Source of the DNA: an uncultured Algoriphagus sp.
Lineage (GTDB): Bacteria; Bacteroidota; Bacteroidia; Cytophagales; Cyclobacteriaceae
Reading direction: 5' to 3'
NCBI RefSeq assembly: GCF_963974365.1
Contig: NZ_CAXBBX010000009.1
Span: 199,274 to 263,273, forward strand
DNA length: 64,000 nt
Every line of letters begins with the position of its first letter. Within the stretch, counting starts at the first letter, position 1. Of this stretch, positions 48,285-58,525 are shown piece after piece. Below the pieces are notes generated by a model. It worked only from the letters and a program-made list of their open reading frames with translations, had not been told where the DNA came from and did not search any database. The position numbers and the translations under genes are program-made.

Positions 48285-49484
48285 ATGTCGGTTAAGAAGG
48301 TCCGATATTATTTATTTTTGAAAGACATTCTTATGCTCTCTCTGACTGCCTTCGGTGGCCCGCAAGCATTTCTTGCTATGCTTCTGGAGCGAATGGTGAA
48401 GAGAAGAGCCTATATTTTGGAGGATGAGCTATGGGAGCTGAATGCACTTTGTAATATGCTGCCCGGCCCATCTTCCACCCAACTTGTGTGTGCGATTGCC
48501 TTTCGAGTAGGAGGACCAAATCTAGCCTATCTAGCGCTCTTAGTTTGGATCTTGCCAGCCACACTACTCATGATTTTTGCAGCAATGCTCATCTATTTCT
48601 TACAGGAAAATACTCCTGGAGCATTGGATTTTGCACGATTCATTCAGCCAATGGCGATTGGCTTTATCATTTTTGCTGCGCAAAAAATAATCGGAAAAAC
48701 GATCAAAACTACCGAAGCGATGGTATTGGTACTGATTTCTGCCTTCGTTTCATTCTTCTATAGCTCTCCCTATATCTTCCCCGTTCTTTTACTTATAGGT
48801 GGGCTCAGTACATCTATCAAGTACAAGCAACAGCCTAAATTAGAAAAAGACGAACCACTGAAAATAGAATGGGCAAATTTCTATCTATGGGCTGGAGTAT
48901 TGGTTGTAGCAGCGGGATTAGGTGCCATTACCAAGTATCAACCACTTATCTTATTTGAGAACTTCTATAGAAACGGAAGCCTAATCTTTGGAGGAGGTCA
49001 GGTGCTAGTTCCTTATCTATATACTGAGTTTGTCGATTTCAAACACTTCCTAAGCTCAGAGGAATTCCTTACAGGCTATGCAATTTCTCAAGGAATTCCT
49101 GGTCCTACCTTTAGTATTTCATCCTATGTGGGCGCACTTTCTATGAAAGAATTTGGAACGGCAGGATTTTTCATGGGTGGTTTTATTGCCGCAGCTGGGA
49201 TTTTCCTACCAGGGATTTTTCTCATTTTCTTTGTAATCCGGTTTTGGGATCAATTGAAAAAATATCGCCCAGTACGAGCTGCACTAGAAGGAATTAACGC
49301 CGTTTCTTGTGGGATGCTAATCGCTGCTGCCTACTTGCTTTTTGAACCCCTTGAAGCAAACGGCTTGAACATCCTGTTTATTCTAGGCACTTATGTATTG
49401 CTTCAATTTACAAAAATCTCATCCCCGGTAATCATTGCTGGAGGTGTCGTACTTGGCATTATTTACAATAATTTTTTCCTTTAA
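48285..49484 (+). CDS. chrA: chromate transporter (CHR family, duplicated domain)
   Basis: SLTAFGGPQAFLAML in the first half and IFGGGQVLVPYL in the second; polytopic; 399 aa. Confidence 0.85.
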   Translation: MSVKKVRYYLFLKDILMLSLTAFGGPQAFLAMLLERMVKRRAYILEDELWELNALCNMLPGPSSTQLVCAIAFRVGGPNLAYLALLVWILPATLLMIFAAMLIYFLQENTPGALDFARFIQPMAIGFIIFAAQKIIGKTIKTTEAMVLVLISAFVSFFYSSPYIFPVLLLIGGLSTSIKYKQQPKLEKDEPLKIEWANFYLWAGVLVVAAGLGAITKYQPLILFENFYRNGSLIFGGGQVLVPYLYTEFVDFKHFLSSEEFLTGYAISQGIPGPTFSISSYVGALSMKEFGTAGFFMGGFIAAAGIFLPGIFLIFFVIRFWDQLKKYRPVRAALEGINAVSCGMLIAAAYLLFEPLEANGLNILFILGTYVLLQFTKISSPVIIAGGVVLGIIYNNFFL

Positions 49485-49576
49485 AAAGGGAGAATATCCT
49501 GTTTATTTCGACCGAAAGGAACAAGAATAGGTAGGCCCACGTTTCATAATTTAAATTCATTCCCTATCTTTCTTCT

Positions 49577-50242
49577 ATGCACGCCTACGAATACATCAAC
49601 AATCTGATCCCACCTTTGAAGCTTTCTGATAAAACGGGAATGGCTTTGGCATGGATGGAGGAAATCAGAACTGACGTATTACCTGTAATTAACAAAGGGA
49701 TTTTTCTAGGTTTGATAAAGGAGGAAACAATTTTTGAAGTCAACAATCCCGAGACACTAATTGCTGAAATTGAACCTGCAAATCCAAGCTGCTGGGTTTA
49801 TTCTGACAAGCATATTTACGACGTGTTAAGAGTAAGTTCTGAGCAAAATTCTAGTATCGTAGCAGTATTGGACAGAGAATCAAACTACCTGGGAGTAGTG
49901 ACCATGGAGGATTCAATAGCTGCATTTGCAGATAGCCTTTCCATAAAATCCCAAGGAAGCGTCCTTATCTTATCTATGAGCATGACTGATTATAGCTTGG
50001 CGGAAATCTCCAGAATCATAGAAACAGAAAACACCAAAGTGTTGAGTTCATTTATTACGGATGATCCATTAGACGATAATAAGATCAAACTCACTTTAAA
50101 ACTCGATCAGCCCGAACTTCGACACGTCAAAGCAACGCTTGAGCGATTTGGCTATAAAATTATAGACCATTATCAGGAAGAAAGTGGCGTGAGTAGCGAA
50201 GAGGACAGAATCGGTAACTTGCTAAGATTTTTAGATATTTAG
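49577..50242 (+). CDS. CBS-domain pair protein
   Basis: LPVINKGIFLGLIKEE and IVAVLDRESNYLGVVTMEDS CBS-like repeats; conserved position upstream of nadK. Confidence 0.7.
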   Translation: MHAYEYINNLIPPLKLSDKTGMALAWMEEIRTDVLPVINKGIFLGLIKEETIFEVNNPETLIAEIEPANPSCWVYSDKHIYDVLRVSSEQNSSIVAVLDRESNYLGVVTMEDSIAAFADSLSIKSQGSVLILSMSMTDYSLAEISRIIETENTKVLSSFITDDPLDDNKIKLTLKLDQPELRHVKATLERFGYKIIDHYQEESGVSSEEDRIGNLLRFLDI

Positions 50243-50245
50243 GAC

Positions 50246-51121
50246 ATGAAAGTCGCCCTTCATGGCTTAGCGTTGAAAGCAGAATTGTTTTCAGACGTAC
50301 AGTCACTTTTCAACGAGCTTACAAAGCAGCAGTTCGAAATTTTCGCCACCGAACAATTTGATCGGCAATTACGAATGCATGGCCATAAAGCATTGAATTA
50401 TTGGGTTCTCGAAAGTCGGGAAGATATGGCTGCTATGGATTTTGTGATTTCCATAGGAGGAGATGGTACCCTGCTCGATGCTGTATGCCAAGTAGGTGAG
50501 CTAGAAGTTCCAATTCTAGGACTTAATACGGGCAGATTAGGTTTCCTGGCCACAGTTGCGACAGAAAAAATAGCCGATGCGATAGCTGACTTGGCCAATA
50601 ACAACTACCAACTAGAAACCAGGTCTTTAATATCTCTGCAAAGTCATCGAAAGCTATTTAATGGATTGAATTTCGGTTTGAATGAATTCACCATACATAA
50701 ACGGGATACCTCTTCGATGATTACAGTTCACACATACATTGACGGAAAATATTTGAACAGCTATTGGGCTGACGGATTAATTGTATCCACTCCTACAGGT
50801 TCTACGGGTTACTCACTTAGCTGTGGAGGCCCATTAATCTCACCAGAAGCTAAAAACCTAGTAATCACACCCGTTAGCCCGCATAATTTAAATGTGAGGC
50901 CTATTATAGTTTCGGACGAAAGTGAGATCAGTTTTGAAATAGAGGGAAGGGCAGAGAAATTCTTAATATCTTTGGACTCACGATCTACGTCAATTTCCTC
51001 AGAAGTGAAGTTGAGTGTGAAGAAAGAGAGCTTTTCAGCAAAATTGGTAAAGTTGCCTCATTATCATTTCTTTGATACTCTTAGACAAAAGCTGAATTGG
51101 GGTTTTGACATGAGAAACTGA
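50246..51121 (+). CDS. nadK: NAD kinase
   Basis: GGDGTLL and GSTGYSLS motifs. Confidence 0.9.
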   Translation: MKVALHGLALKAELFSDVQSLFNELTKQQFEIFATEQFDRQLRMHGHKALNYWVLESREDMAAMDFVISIGGDGTLLDAVCQVGELEVPILGLNTGRLGFLATVATEKIADAIADLANNNYQLETRSLISLQSHRKLFNGLNFGLNEFTIHKRDTSSMITVHTYIDGKYLNSYWADGLIVSTPTGSTGYSLSCGGPLISPEAKNLVITPVSPHNLNVRPIIVSDESEISFEIEGRAEKFLISLDSRSTSISSEVKLSVKKESFSAKLVKLPHYHFFDTLRQKLNWGFDMRN

Positions 51122-51183
51122 ATTAAAGTTTAATGAATTTGGCCAATTTGAGCTTAACAATTATTAACCCGCTAAATACTCAA

Positions 51184-51975
51184 ATGCGTTTTTTAAACGT
51201 TAGGTACTTCATATCTTGCATCGTCTTGAAAAAGGTCAATTTTCAGATTTCCAACTACTTACTTGTATTCTCGCTGCTTTTCTTCGGGCTTAACGGAGAA
51301 ATCAGCGCACAGAAATACGATATAGGAGGAGGCGTAGGAGTCGCTGCTTATTCAGGTGACATCATCAGGAAAATTGATCCGGGCCAATTAGGGTCCCAAG
51401 TCACGTTGTTTGGCAGGAGAAATTTTGACAATGTGTGGTCGCTTAGAGCGGGGGGAAATGCTGCGTTCCTATATGGAGCAGATAGTATTAAGCCTATAGA
51501 TCAATTAGCATACCTTAGGGACGGCAGGTTTAGAGCTGGAGTGTTGGAGTTTTCGGCGGTAATGGAATTTAACTTCCTCGATTATCTGTCGCTAAGCTCT
51601 GAGTTTCGCTTCTCACCATATGCTTTCTTTGGTGTTGGCTATACATTTGTTTTCGCAAAAGGGAATACTTTCCAATATAATGTATCCTCAAGATATAATT
51701 TGGGAACAGTAGTCATTCCTTTTGGAGGAGGAGTCAAGTACCAGATTGATGAACGATGGACATTAGCAGCAGAATTAGGCTTTCGGCCTACCTTTACAGA
51801 CTACTTAGACAAAATAGATAGTAAAGAACCAACCATTCCCAGGTTTCCTGATCCTGATAACCCAGATCAACCCTATGGAATTAACTTTGGTAATGCTTAC
51901 GACAAGGATTGGTACTATTTCTTAGGCGTAACAATCAGCTATACTATCACGACTACCAAATGCTACGCATATTAA
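51184..51975 (+). CDS. DUF6089-like outer-membrane beta-barrel protein
   Basis: Signal peptide ending in GEISAQ; beta-barrel pattern. Start is uncertain: ATG at 51184 or TTG at 51226. Confidence 0.55.
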   Translation: MRFLNVRYFISCIVLKKVNFQISNYLLVFSLLFFGLNGEISAQKYDIGGGVGVAAYSGDIIRKIDPGQLGSQVTLFGRRNFDNVWSLRAGGNAAFLYGADSIKPIDQLAYLRDGRFRAGVLEFSAVMEFNFLDYLSLSSEFRFSPYAFFGVGYTFVFAKGNTFQYNVSSRYNLGTVVIPFGGGVKYQIDERWTLAAELGFRPTFTDYLDKIDSKEPTIPRFPDPDNPDQPYGINFGNAYDKDWYYFLGVTISYTITTTKCYAY

Positions 51976-52058
51976 TAAATCGAGCCCTAGGGCTAATATT
52001 TGGAAAAGAAATGGCATTTTTGTACCTCCAAAAAAGTAAGGAACCGGAGACGGCTGGA

Positions 52059-52796
52059 ATGAAGGAAGTATCTGACAGTAATAACATCCCAAAGCATATC
52101 GCGATTATCATGGACGGCAATGGACGCTGGGCCACGAAAAAAGGTGCTATGCGTATATTTGGTCATAAAAACGCTACTAAAGCAGTTAGGGAAGCTATAG
52201 AAGGAGCTGACAGTCTAGGAGTTAAATACCTGACTTTATTCTCTTTCTCAACGGAGAATTGGTCAAGACCAAAAGCTGAAGTCGATGGATTGATGGAGCT
52301 TCTTGTGAAGACTATGTCTGACGAGATTCCGATGCTGATGAATGGCAATTTCAAATTAGAAAGTATTGGGAACGTAGAAAGCCTCCCCAAATCAGCTTAC
52401 AATACGCTGATGAGGGTAAAGGAAATTACCTCTAAAAATACTGGACTCAAAGTGATCCTGGCGTTAAGCTATAGCGGTCACTGGGAGCTCACCCATGCAG
52501 CGAAACACATTGCTCAAAAAGTCTCAGAAGGAAAATTGAATGTGGCCGACATTACAGAAAAAGTAATGGCTGACCATTTGGAAACCGTCAACTATCCTGA
52601 TCCTGAATTAATGATCAGAACGAGTGGCGAGTACCGAATAAGCAATTTTCTACTTTGGCAATTGGCTTACACAGAGATGTATTTTACACCTGTGCTATGG
52701 CCGGATTTTAGAAGAGAGCACCTCTTTGCTGCAGTATCCGATTACCAATCACGGGAAAGGAGATTCGGCAAAACGGGTGAGCAAGTTAAATCTTAA
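52059..52796 (+). CDS. uppS: isoprenyl transferase (undecaprenyl diphosphate synthase)
   Basis: HIAIIMDGNGRWA; RTSGEYRISNFLLWQ. The ATG at 52059 gives about 245 aa; ATG at 52011 is also possible. The track start 51909 is TTG and overlaps the previous gene. Confidence 0.9.
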   Translation: MKEVSDSNNIPKHIAIIMDGNGRWATKKGAMRIFGHKNATKAVREAIEGADSLGVKYLTLFSFSTENWSRPKAEVDGLMELLVKTMSDEIPMLMNGNFKLESIGNVESLPKSAYNTLMRVKEITSKNTGLKVILALSYSGHWELTHAAKHIAQKVSEGKLNVADITEKVMADHLETVNYPDPELMIRTSGEYRISNFLLWQLAYTEMYFTPVLWPDFRREHLFAAVSDYQSRERRFGKTGEQVKS

Positions 52797-52803
52797 GTAA
52801 TTA

Positions 52804-55500
52804 ATGAAAAAAAGTTTACTGATTCTGTTTTGTCTAGTTTGGGCAAGTTCAGCAATGGCGCAAATACGTTTGGGCCAAAGTCGCTATGCCTCAAGCAAGC
52901 CAATCGATATTTTGGAGCTGAATTACGCTAAGCCCCAAACCTATAGAATCGCAGAAATAAAAGCTGTGGGTCTCACCACCTTAGATGAAATCGCCATACT
53001 TTCCCTTTCCGGATTGAAAGTAGATGATAGAATCGAGGTGCCAGGAGATGCTATATCCAATGCGTTGAAAAAGCTTTGGGGCCAAGGAATCATCGGAGAT
53101 GTCAAAATCTTGGTGACCAAAATTGAAGGCGAAGATATTTCTCTTCTTCTGGATCTTACAGAAAGACCTAGATTCTCACGTGTAGAGTTCAGGGGGATGA
53201 ACAAAACTCAGGAAAGTGAACTAAAAGACAAAGTAAATATCAGAGGCCGAGTAGTGCGAGATGATGTTCTCAATAATGCCAAAAGAAATATCGAGAAATA
53301 CTATTTAGACAAAGGCTTCATGAATGCTGATGTGAAAATCAAGCAGGAAAGAGATACTACACTTCCTAATTCTGTGAAATTGATTTTCGATGTGGAGCAA
53401 AATTCCAAGGTTAAAATCAATGCAATCGAATTCTACGGCAACGAAGAACTGGATGACACCAAGCTTAAGAAGAAGCTTAAAAAGACCAAAGAATATGCTC
53501 GGGTAAGTGTTTTTAAAGATGGCTTCTCACGACTGACTAACGCTAGTGGTGAAGATATTAAAAACACAATTCTTTATACAGACTCTGCTTCTAATCAGGA
53601 TGTAAAAGATTACATCAACAAGAACTTCAAATTGAATTTCTTCAATGGCTCAAAATACATCCCTAAAGAATACAGGAATGATAAAGATAACGTCATCAAT
53701 TTCTATCAAAGCAGGGGATATCGCGATGCTAAAATCGTAGCTGACTCAGTATATAACTTTGGTAAAGATGAAATCAACATTGATATCGCTCTGGAAGAAG
53801 GCAAAAAGTACTACTACAGAAATATCACTTTTAACGGAAACTTTATCCATCCAGACCCGGTATTACAAGCTAAACTTGGAATTCAAAAAGGTGATGTCTA
53901 TAACAAAGAACAGCTTGACAAAAGGCTGAATTACGATCCGACAAAAGGTGACGATGTCAGTTCTTTGTATCAAAATGATGGATACTTATTCTTCTCTATT
54001 GATCCAGTGGAAGTGAATGTAGCTGGAGATTCAATAGATCTTGAGATGAGAATCTTTGAAGGACCACAAGTCACAGTGAACTCAGTAAACATCAAGGGTA
54101 ATGAACGTACTTCTGATCACGTAGTCATGCGTGAAATCAGAATTCTCCCAGGACAAAAATTCAACAGAGAACTTCTGGTTCGTACGATCCGTGAACTTTC
54201 TACTTTAGGGTATTTTGACCCGGAAAAAATCAATCCAGATCTAAGACCAAATTTCGAAGCAGCAACTGTAGATATTACGTTTGAGCTAGAAGAAAGACCA
54301 AATGACCAGATCGAATTGTCCGGCGGTTGGGGTGGATTCTACGGATTCGTAGGTACTGTAGGACTTTCCTTTAACAACTTCTCGATTAAAAACATCAAGG
54401 ATTTCTCCAAGTGGGATCCCCTTCCTGTAGGAGATGGGCAAAAGCTATCGCTTAGAGTTCAAGCCAATGGCCGTTCATTTCAGAACTACTCAGTATCCTT
54501 AACTGAACCATGGTTTGGTGGCAAAAAGCCGAATGCTTTGAGCTTCTCATTCAACCACTCTGTACAGCGACAAGTGGACTTCTACAATCAAGCGAGCTTT
54601 GGCGACGAGCTAGGTTTCTTCAAAATCACCGGTGTAACCTTAGGATTAGCCAAGCGTGTGACCTGGCCTGATGATAACTTTAGTATAAGTAATTCCTTAC
54701 AGTTCCAGGTTTATGAGTTTGACCAATTTGGTACTTCATTTGGATTGAGCTACCCTACCGGTACTTCAAATAGTATTACCTGGAATACCACCATTGCGAG
54801 ATACAACCTTGACAATCCAACTTATCCAAGATTTGGCTCTAATATAATCTTATCAACTGCTTTCACTCCACCTTATTCTTCTTTGAATAAGAATATAAAT
54901 GATGAGTCAACTGATCAGGAAAAATATAAGTGGCTTGAATATCACAAGTGGATGTTTGATGCATCTGTTTACACACCATTGTTTGGCTCTACAAAATTAG
55001 TAGCAAGCGCAAGGGCACACATGGGCTTCTTAGGGTCTTATAGCCAAAAAATCGGTATAATTCCTTTGGAACGATTTGTAATGGGTGGTGACGGGATGTC
55101 TATGAACAACTTCGCCTTGGGGCAGGAGATCATCGGTTTGCGAGGCTATGAAAACCAGTCTATCACACCGGGTAAACTGACCAGAGGTACGGCCAATCCA
55201 GAACCATATGGAGGTGTTGTTTACAATAAGTACGTTATGGAAGTGAGATACTTGGTATCTCCAAACCCATCGGCAACCATCTTTTTACTTGGTTTTGCTG
55301 AAGCGGGAAACAACTGGGGATCTTACAAAGATTTCAATCCTTATGATTTGAAGAAATCAGCTGGGATGGGAGCTAGAATCTTTATGCCAGCATTTGGTCT
55401 ATTAGGCATTGACTGGGGCTATGGATTCGATAGAGTTCCTGGGGAGCTTAAACGAAGCGGGTCACAATTCCACTTTACTATAGGACAGCAAATTCGATAA
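52804..55500 (+). CDS. bamA: outer-membrane protein assembly factor BamA
   Basis: 898 aa; signal peptide; five POTRA-like repeats; Omp85 barrel ending in HFTIGQQIR. Confidence 0.9.
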   Translation: MKKSLLILFCLVWASSAMAQIRLGQSRYASSKPIDILELNYAKPQTYRIAEIKAVGLTTLDEIAILSLSGLKVDDRIEVPGDAISNALKKLWGQGIIGDVKILVTKIEGEDISLLLDLTERPRFSRVEFRGMNKTQESELKDKVNIRGRVVRDDVLNNAKRNIEKYYLDKGFMNADVKIKQERDTTLPNSVKLIFDVEQNSKVKINAIEFYGNEELDDTKLKKKLKKTKEYARVSVFKDGFSRLTNASGEDIKNTILYTDSASNQDVKDYINKNFKLNFFNGSKYIPKEYRNDKDNVINFYQSRGYRDAKIVADSVYNFGKDEINIDIALEEGKKYYYRNITFNGNFIHPDPVLQAKLGIQKGDVYNKEQLDKRLNYDPTKGDDVSSLYQNDGYLFFSIDPVEVNVAGDSIDLEMRIFEGPQVTVNSVNIKGNERTSDHVVMREIRILPGQKFNRELLVRTIRELSTLGYFDPEKINPDLRPNFEAATVDITFELEERPNDQIELSGGWGGFYGFVGTVGLSFNNFSIKNIKDFSKWDPLPVGDGQKLSLRVQANGRSFQNYSVSLTEPWFGGKKPNALSFSFNHSVQRQVDFYNQASFGDELGFFKITGVTLGLAKRVTWPDDNFSISNSLQFQVYEFDQFGTSFGLSYPTGTSNSITWNTTIARYNLDNPTYPRFGSNIILSTAFTPPYSSLNKNINDESTDQEKYKWLEYHKWMFDASVYTPLFGSTKLVASARAHMGFLGSYSQKIGIIPLERFVMGGDGMSMNNFALGQEIIGLRGYENQSITPGKLTRGTANPEPYGGVVYNKYVMEVRYLVSPNPSATIFLLGFAEAGNNWGSYKDFNPYDLKKSAGMGARIFMPAFGLLGIDWGYGFDRVPGELKRSGSQFHFTIGQQIR

Positions 55501-55592
55501 GCATGGAATTAAAGTTGGGAATAGTTAATTTATGCAAAATTTGGCATTCTAAGAATGCTAAAAAATCAAGCTAATGTTAACTTCCCAAACTC

Positions 55593-56123
55593 ATGAATAA
55601 ATCATTGAAAATTGTATTTTTGCTGCTCTTTGTGCTTCAAGCAGCACCTTTGGCAGCTCAGAAGATAGGTTACATTGATTCGGAATATATTCTAAATAAA
55701 CATCCAGACTATAAAGTAATCCAACAAGAGCTGGAAAACATCAGCACGGAATGGAAGAAAGAGGCACAAAATTTGGATAAAGAGATCAAAGAACTCACCA
55801 TGCAGCTAAAGGCAGAGGAAGTTCTTCTCACAGAGGAAATGTATCAGCAACGGCTGGAACAAATAAAATTGAAACAACAAGAATCCCAAGAATTCAATAG
55901 TAGAATATTCGGAATAGACGGTCAGTACTTCCAAAAACAAGCAGAACTGATGCAACCGCTACAATCGAAAATATATGATGCTATTGAGCGAATGACAAGA
56001 AGAAATAACCTGGCTATGTTATTTGATAAAGCCGCCGAACCCTCGGCAATTATCTATACAGATCCCAGACATGATTATTCTGAATTCGTCTTGGAGGAAT
56101 TGGGAATAGAAGATAATAAATAA
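55593..56123 (+). CDS. OmpH/Skp-family periplasmic chaperone
   Basis: Signal peptide, then IGYIDSEYILNKHP and a coiled-coil body; immediately downstream of bamA. Confidence 0.85.
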   Translation: MNKSLKIVFLLLFVLQAAPLAAQKIGYIDSEYILNKHPDYKVIQQELENISTEWKKEAQNLDKEIKELTMQLKAEEVLLTEEMYQQRLEQIKLKQQESQEFNSRIFGIDGQYFQKQAELMQPLQSKIYDAIERMTRRNNLAMLFDKAAEPSAIIYTDPRHDYSEFVLEELGIEDNK

Positions 56124-56136
56124 ATAGAACACAGAA

Positions 56137-56682
56137 ATGATGAAAGTAAAAGTTATCCTTTCCGCAGTAGCCTTGCTTTGCGTAGGATTTGCAGCTCAGG
56201 CTCAAGAAGTAAAAATTGGTTACACCAATGTGGAATTTATCATGGATTTGATGCCAGAGATGGAGCAAATAGCTGCTGATATCAAAGACTATGAGACACA
56301 ACTTCAGACTACCATGCAATTAAAAGCTGAAGATTTTCAGCGTCAAGTACAAACTTACCAACAAGCTGCTCAGACAATGACTGAGGAAGCTAGAGCCGCT
56401 AAGGAAAAAGAATTGACAGACCTTCAAGGTACTTTACAAAAAATGGAATCTGATACCCAAATCAGCTACCAAAGAAAACTAGGTGAACTTCTTTCACCTG
56501 TTCAGACTAAAGTAATCAATGCGATCAATTCTGTAGCAGCCGAAAATAATTACACGCATATCTTTGCTGAGTCAGCTGGACAAGCCCCTATCCTTCTTTA
56601 CACTAAAGAAGAAGATAAGTTCACTGAGCTAGTATTGACTAAATTGGGTATTGAAATGCCAGCTGCTCCAGCAGCCAATTAA
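56137..56682 (+). CDS. OmpH/Skp-family periplasmic chaperone (second paralog)
   Basis: Signal peptide, then IGYTNVEFIMDLMPE and a coiled-coil body. Confidence 0.85.
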   Translation: MMKVKVILSAVALLCVGFAAQAQEVKIGYTNVEFIMDLMPEMEQIAADIKDYETQLQTTMQLKAEDFQRQVQTYQQAAQTMTEEARAAKEKELTDLQGTLQKMESDTQISYQRKLGELLSPVQTKVINAINSVAAENNYTHIFAESAGQAPILLYTKEEDKFTELVLTKLGIEMPAAPAAN

Positions 56683-56698
56683 TTAACCACTAGTAACT

Positions 56699-56741
56699 AG
56701 AAGCCGCTAACTCGATCTCGAATTAGCGGCTTCTTTGTTTT
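56699..56741 (+). terminator. rho-independent terminator after the skp pair
   Basis: 12-bp stem AGAAGCCGCTAA/TTAGCGGCTTCT followed by TTGTTTT. Confidence 0.8.
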
Positions 56742-56747
56742 CCAGCT

Positions 56748-57053
56748 ATGCCAAAAAAGAATCCCAAAGATATCATTAGTAGGAGTCAAGATGCAGTCCT
56801 AGTAGATTTCTATGCAGACTGGTGCGGACCCTGCCAGACAATGGATCCTATCATTCACGAAGTATTAACAGAATTGGGAGGAAAAATTAAGTTGCTGAAA
56901 ATCAATATTGATAAAAGCCCACAATTGGCTCAACAGTTCGCAGTGCGCTCCATCCCTAATTACATACTTTTCAAAAAAGGGAAAATCCTATGGAGAAAGG
57001 GAGGACTGATTACTAAAAGGGATTTGAAGCAAGCATTGAAAGGTTTTACATAA
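56748..57053 (+). CDS. trxA: thioredoxin
   Basis: WCGPC active site; 101 aa. Confidence 0.85.
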   Translation: MPKKNPKDIISRSQDAVLVDFYADWCGPCQTMDPIIHEVLTELGGKIKLLKINIDKSPQLAQQFAVRSIPNYILFKKGKILWRKGGLITKRDLKQALKGFT

Positions 57054-57081
57054 AAAAAGCTCCCGATTTGGGAGCTTTTTT
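57053..57081. terminator. bidirectional terminator (trx / rluB)
   Basis: 12-bp stem AAAAAAGCTCCC/GGGAGCTTTTTT with a 5-nt loop. Confidence 0.9.
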
Positions 57082-57084
57082 CGC

Positions 57085-58413
57085 TTATATGAAGAACTTT
57101 AATCGAATCACTTCTTGCTCAGAAAGGAATCGATAATGTCCTCGTTTCAAATCTTTTTTATCCAAGCCTGCATAGACTACTCGATCCAGCGCAGTAACTT
57201 CATAGCCCAAGTGGGCAAAGATCCTACGGACAATTCTATTTCTACCAACGTGGATCTCCAAACCTAGAATCGTACGATCCAAGGATAAAACTTGCATATC
57301 ATCTACCTCTACTTTGCCATCTTCAAGTGTTAAACCTTCGATAATTGCCTCTTCGTCTTTCTTAGTAAGTGGCTTATCCAAAGTCACCTGATAAATCTTT
57401 TTGATCTCATTGGAAGGATGGGAAAGCTTAGCCGCTAATTCGCCATCATTAGTGAATAACAAAAGCCCAGTCGTATTTCTATCCAATCTACCAACAGGAA
57501 AAATACGCTCTTCACAGGCATTTCCTACTAGGTTCATTACTGTCTTCCGATCCATAGGATCATCCGTCGTAGTGATAAAATCCTTTGGCTTATTCAGCAA
57601 CACATAAGTAGGCTTCTCAGGATTGATCTTTCTTCCTTGATAAACTACACGGTCAGTTTTCTTCACTTTACGACCTAGCTCAGTACATACCTCACCGTTC
57701 AGTGTAACGAGACCTTGACTAATCAAAGAATCTGCTTCTCTCCTACTGCAAATACCAGAATTAGCGATGTATTTATTTAGGCGAATAAGGTTGTCCTCAT
57801 TCTCCAACTTCTTCTTTTTCTGAGGAAGAGAGTCAAAGTTGTAATCCGGACGCTCTACGTTGGTATCCTGATCTACAAAACGCTTCTTACCGAAACCCTT
57901 GTTCTCTTTCTTATCAGACTTGTAGGTCGGTCTTCCAGCTGCAAAAACTGGCTTTTGGTCCTTTCCCCGACCTTTGTAGATAAGTCCTTCTGGTTTTTCA
58001 GAAGATTGCGTCTTACCTCCTTTAGAATCTCTATTGTATGGCTTTGGCCGATCGGCTTCTTCTTTTTTGGCGAAAAATTGCTTCTTGCCAGCACCAAAAT
58101 CTTTCTTTTCAGTAAAGTCAGCACCTTGGTCTTTCTTAGGTCCAAAATTCGATTTAGAACCAAATTTTTTCTCGCCTAAGGTTTTAAACCCTGATTTTTT
58201 ATTTGTTCTTGGCTTTTTATTGAAATCAGAAAAGTCATCTTCACTAGTGCTGAAGGGCTTCTTTGCTGAGCCAGACTTAGAAAATCCAGAATCTTTGGAT
58301 TTATTGAATCCTTGTGATTTCCCTTTGTATCCACCTCTTTGGCCAGAATTGGAAGAGCTGGAATCTTTTTTTCCTTCGCCGAAAAACGGCTTTTTCGAAT
58401 TGTTATCTCTCAT
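57085..58413 (-). CDS. rluB: RluB/RsuA-family pseudouridine synthase with a ~190-aa basic low-complexity N-terminal extension
   Basis: S4 domain IRLNKYIANSGICSRREADSLI; catalytic VGRLDRNTTGLLLFTNDG; N-terminus rich in K/G/S/F. Confidence 0.9.
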   Translation of the reverse strand: MRDNNSKKPFFGEGKKDSSSSNSGQRGGYKGKSQGFNKSKDSGFSKSGSAKKPFSTSEDDFSDFNKKPRTNKKSGFKTLGEKKFGSKSNFGPKKDQGADFTEKKDFGAGKKQFFAKKEEADRPKPYNRDSKGGKTQSSEKPEGLIYKGRGKDQKPVFAAGRPTYKSDKKENKGFGKKRFVDQDTNVERPDYNFDSLPQKKKKLENEDNLIRLNKYIANSGICSRREADSLISQGLVTLNGEVCTELGRKVKKTDRVVYQGRKINPEKPTYVLLNKPKDFITTTDDPMDRKTVMNLVGNACEERIFPVGRLDRNTTGLLLFTNDGELAAKLSHPSNEIKKIYQVTLDKPLTKKDEEAIIEGLTLEDGKVEVDDMQVLSLDRTILGLEIHVGRNRIVRRIFAHLGYEVTALDRVVYAGLDKKDLKRGHYRFLSEQEVIRLKFFI

Positions 58414-58448
58414 AGATTTGCAGCATCACTGCTGGATTGATTGTGTGT

Positions 58449-58479
58449 GATTAAGCGATTGGTTTTCAATCCCTTAATC
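58449..58479 (-). other. strong hairpin in the predicted rluB 5' leader
   Basis: GATTAAGCGATTG/CAATCCCTTAATC: 12 bp plus one mismatch, with a 5-nt loop. Lies between the -7 box at 58526-58533 and the ATG at 58413. Confidence 0.5.
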
Positions 58480-58525
58480 GGGCTGCAAAGATACAGCCTC
58501 TTTTGAGATATCTAATCATTGCATT

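Noticed and set aside
51909-52058. Apparent 67-nt overlap between the DUF6089-like gene and uppS.
   Set aside because: The uppS track start is an upstream TTG. The ATG at 52059 gives the usual length of about 245 aa, with MKEVSDSNNIPKHIAIIMDGNGRWA at the N-terminus.
58034-58450. 138-aa plus-strand ORF opposite the rluB 5' region.
   Set aside because: It arises from the low-complexity, Lys-codon-rich (AAG/AAA) sense sequence, which is stop-free on the antisense strand. The product is Phe/Leu/Ser-rich with no features.
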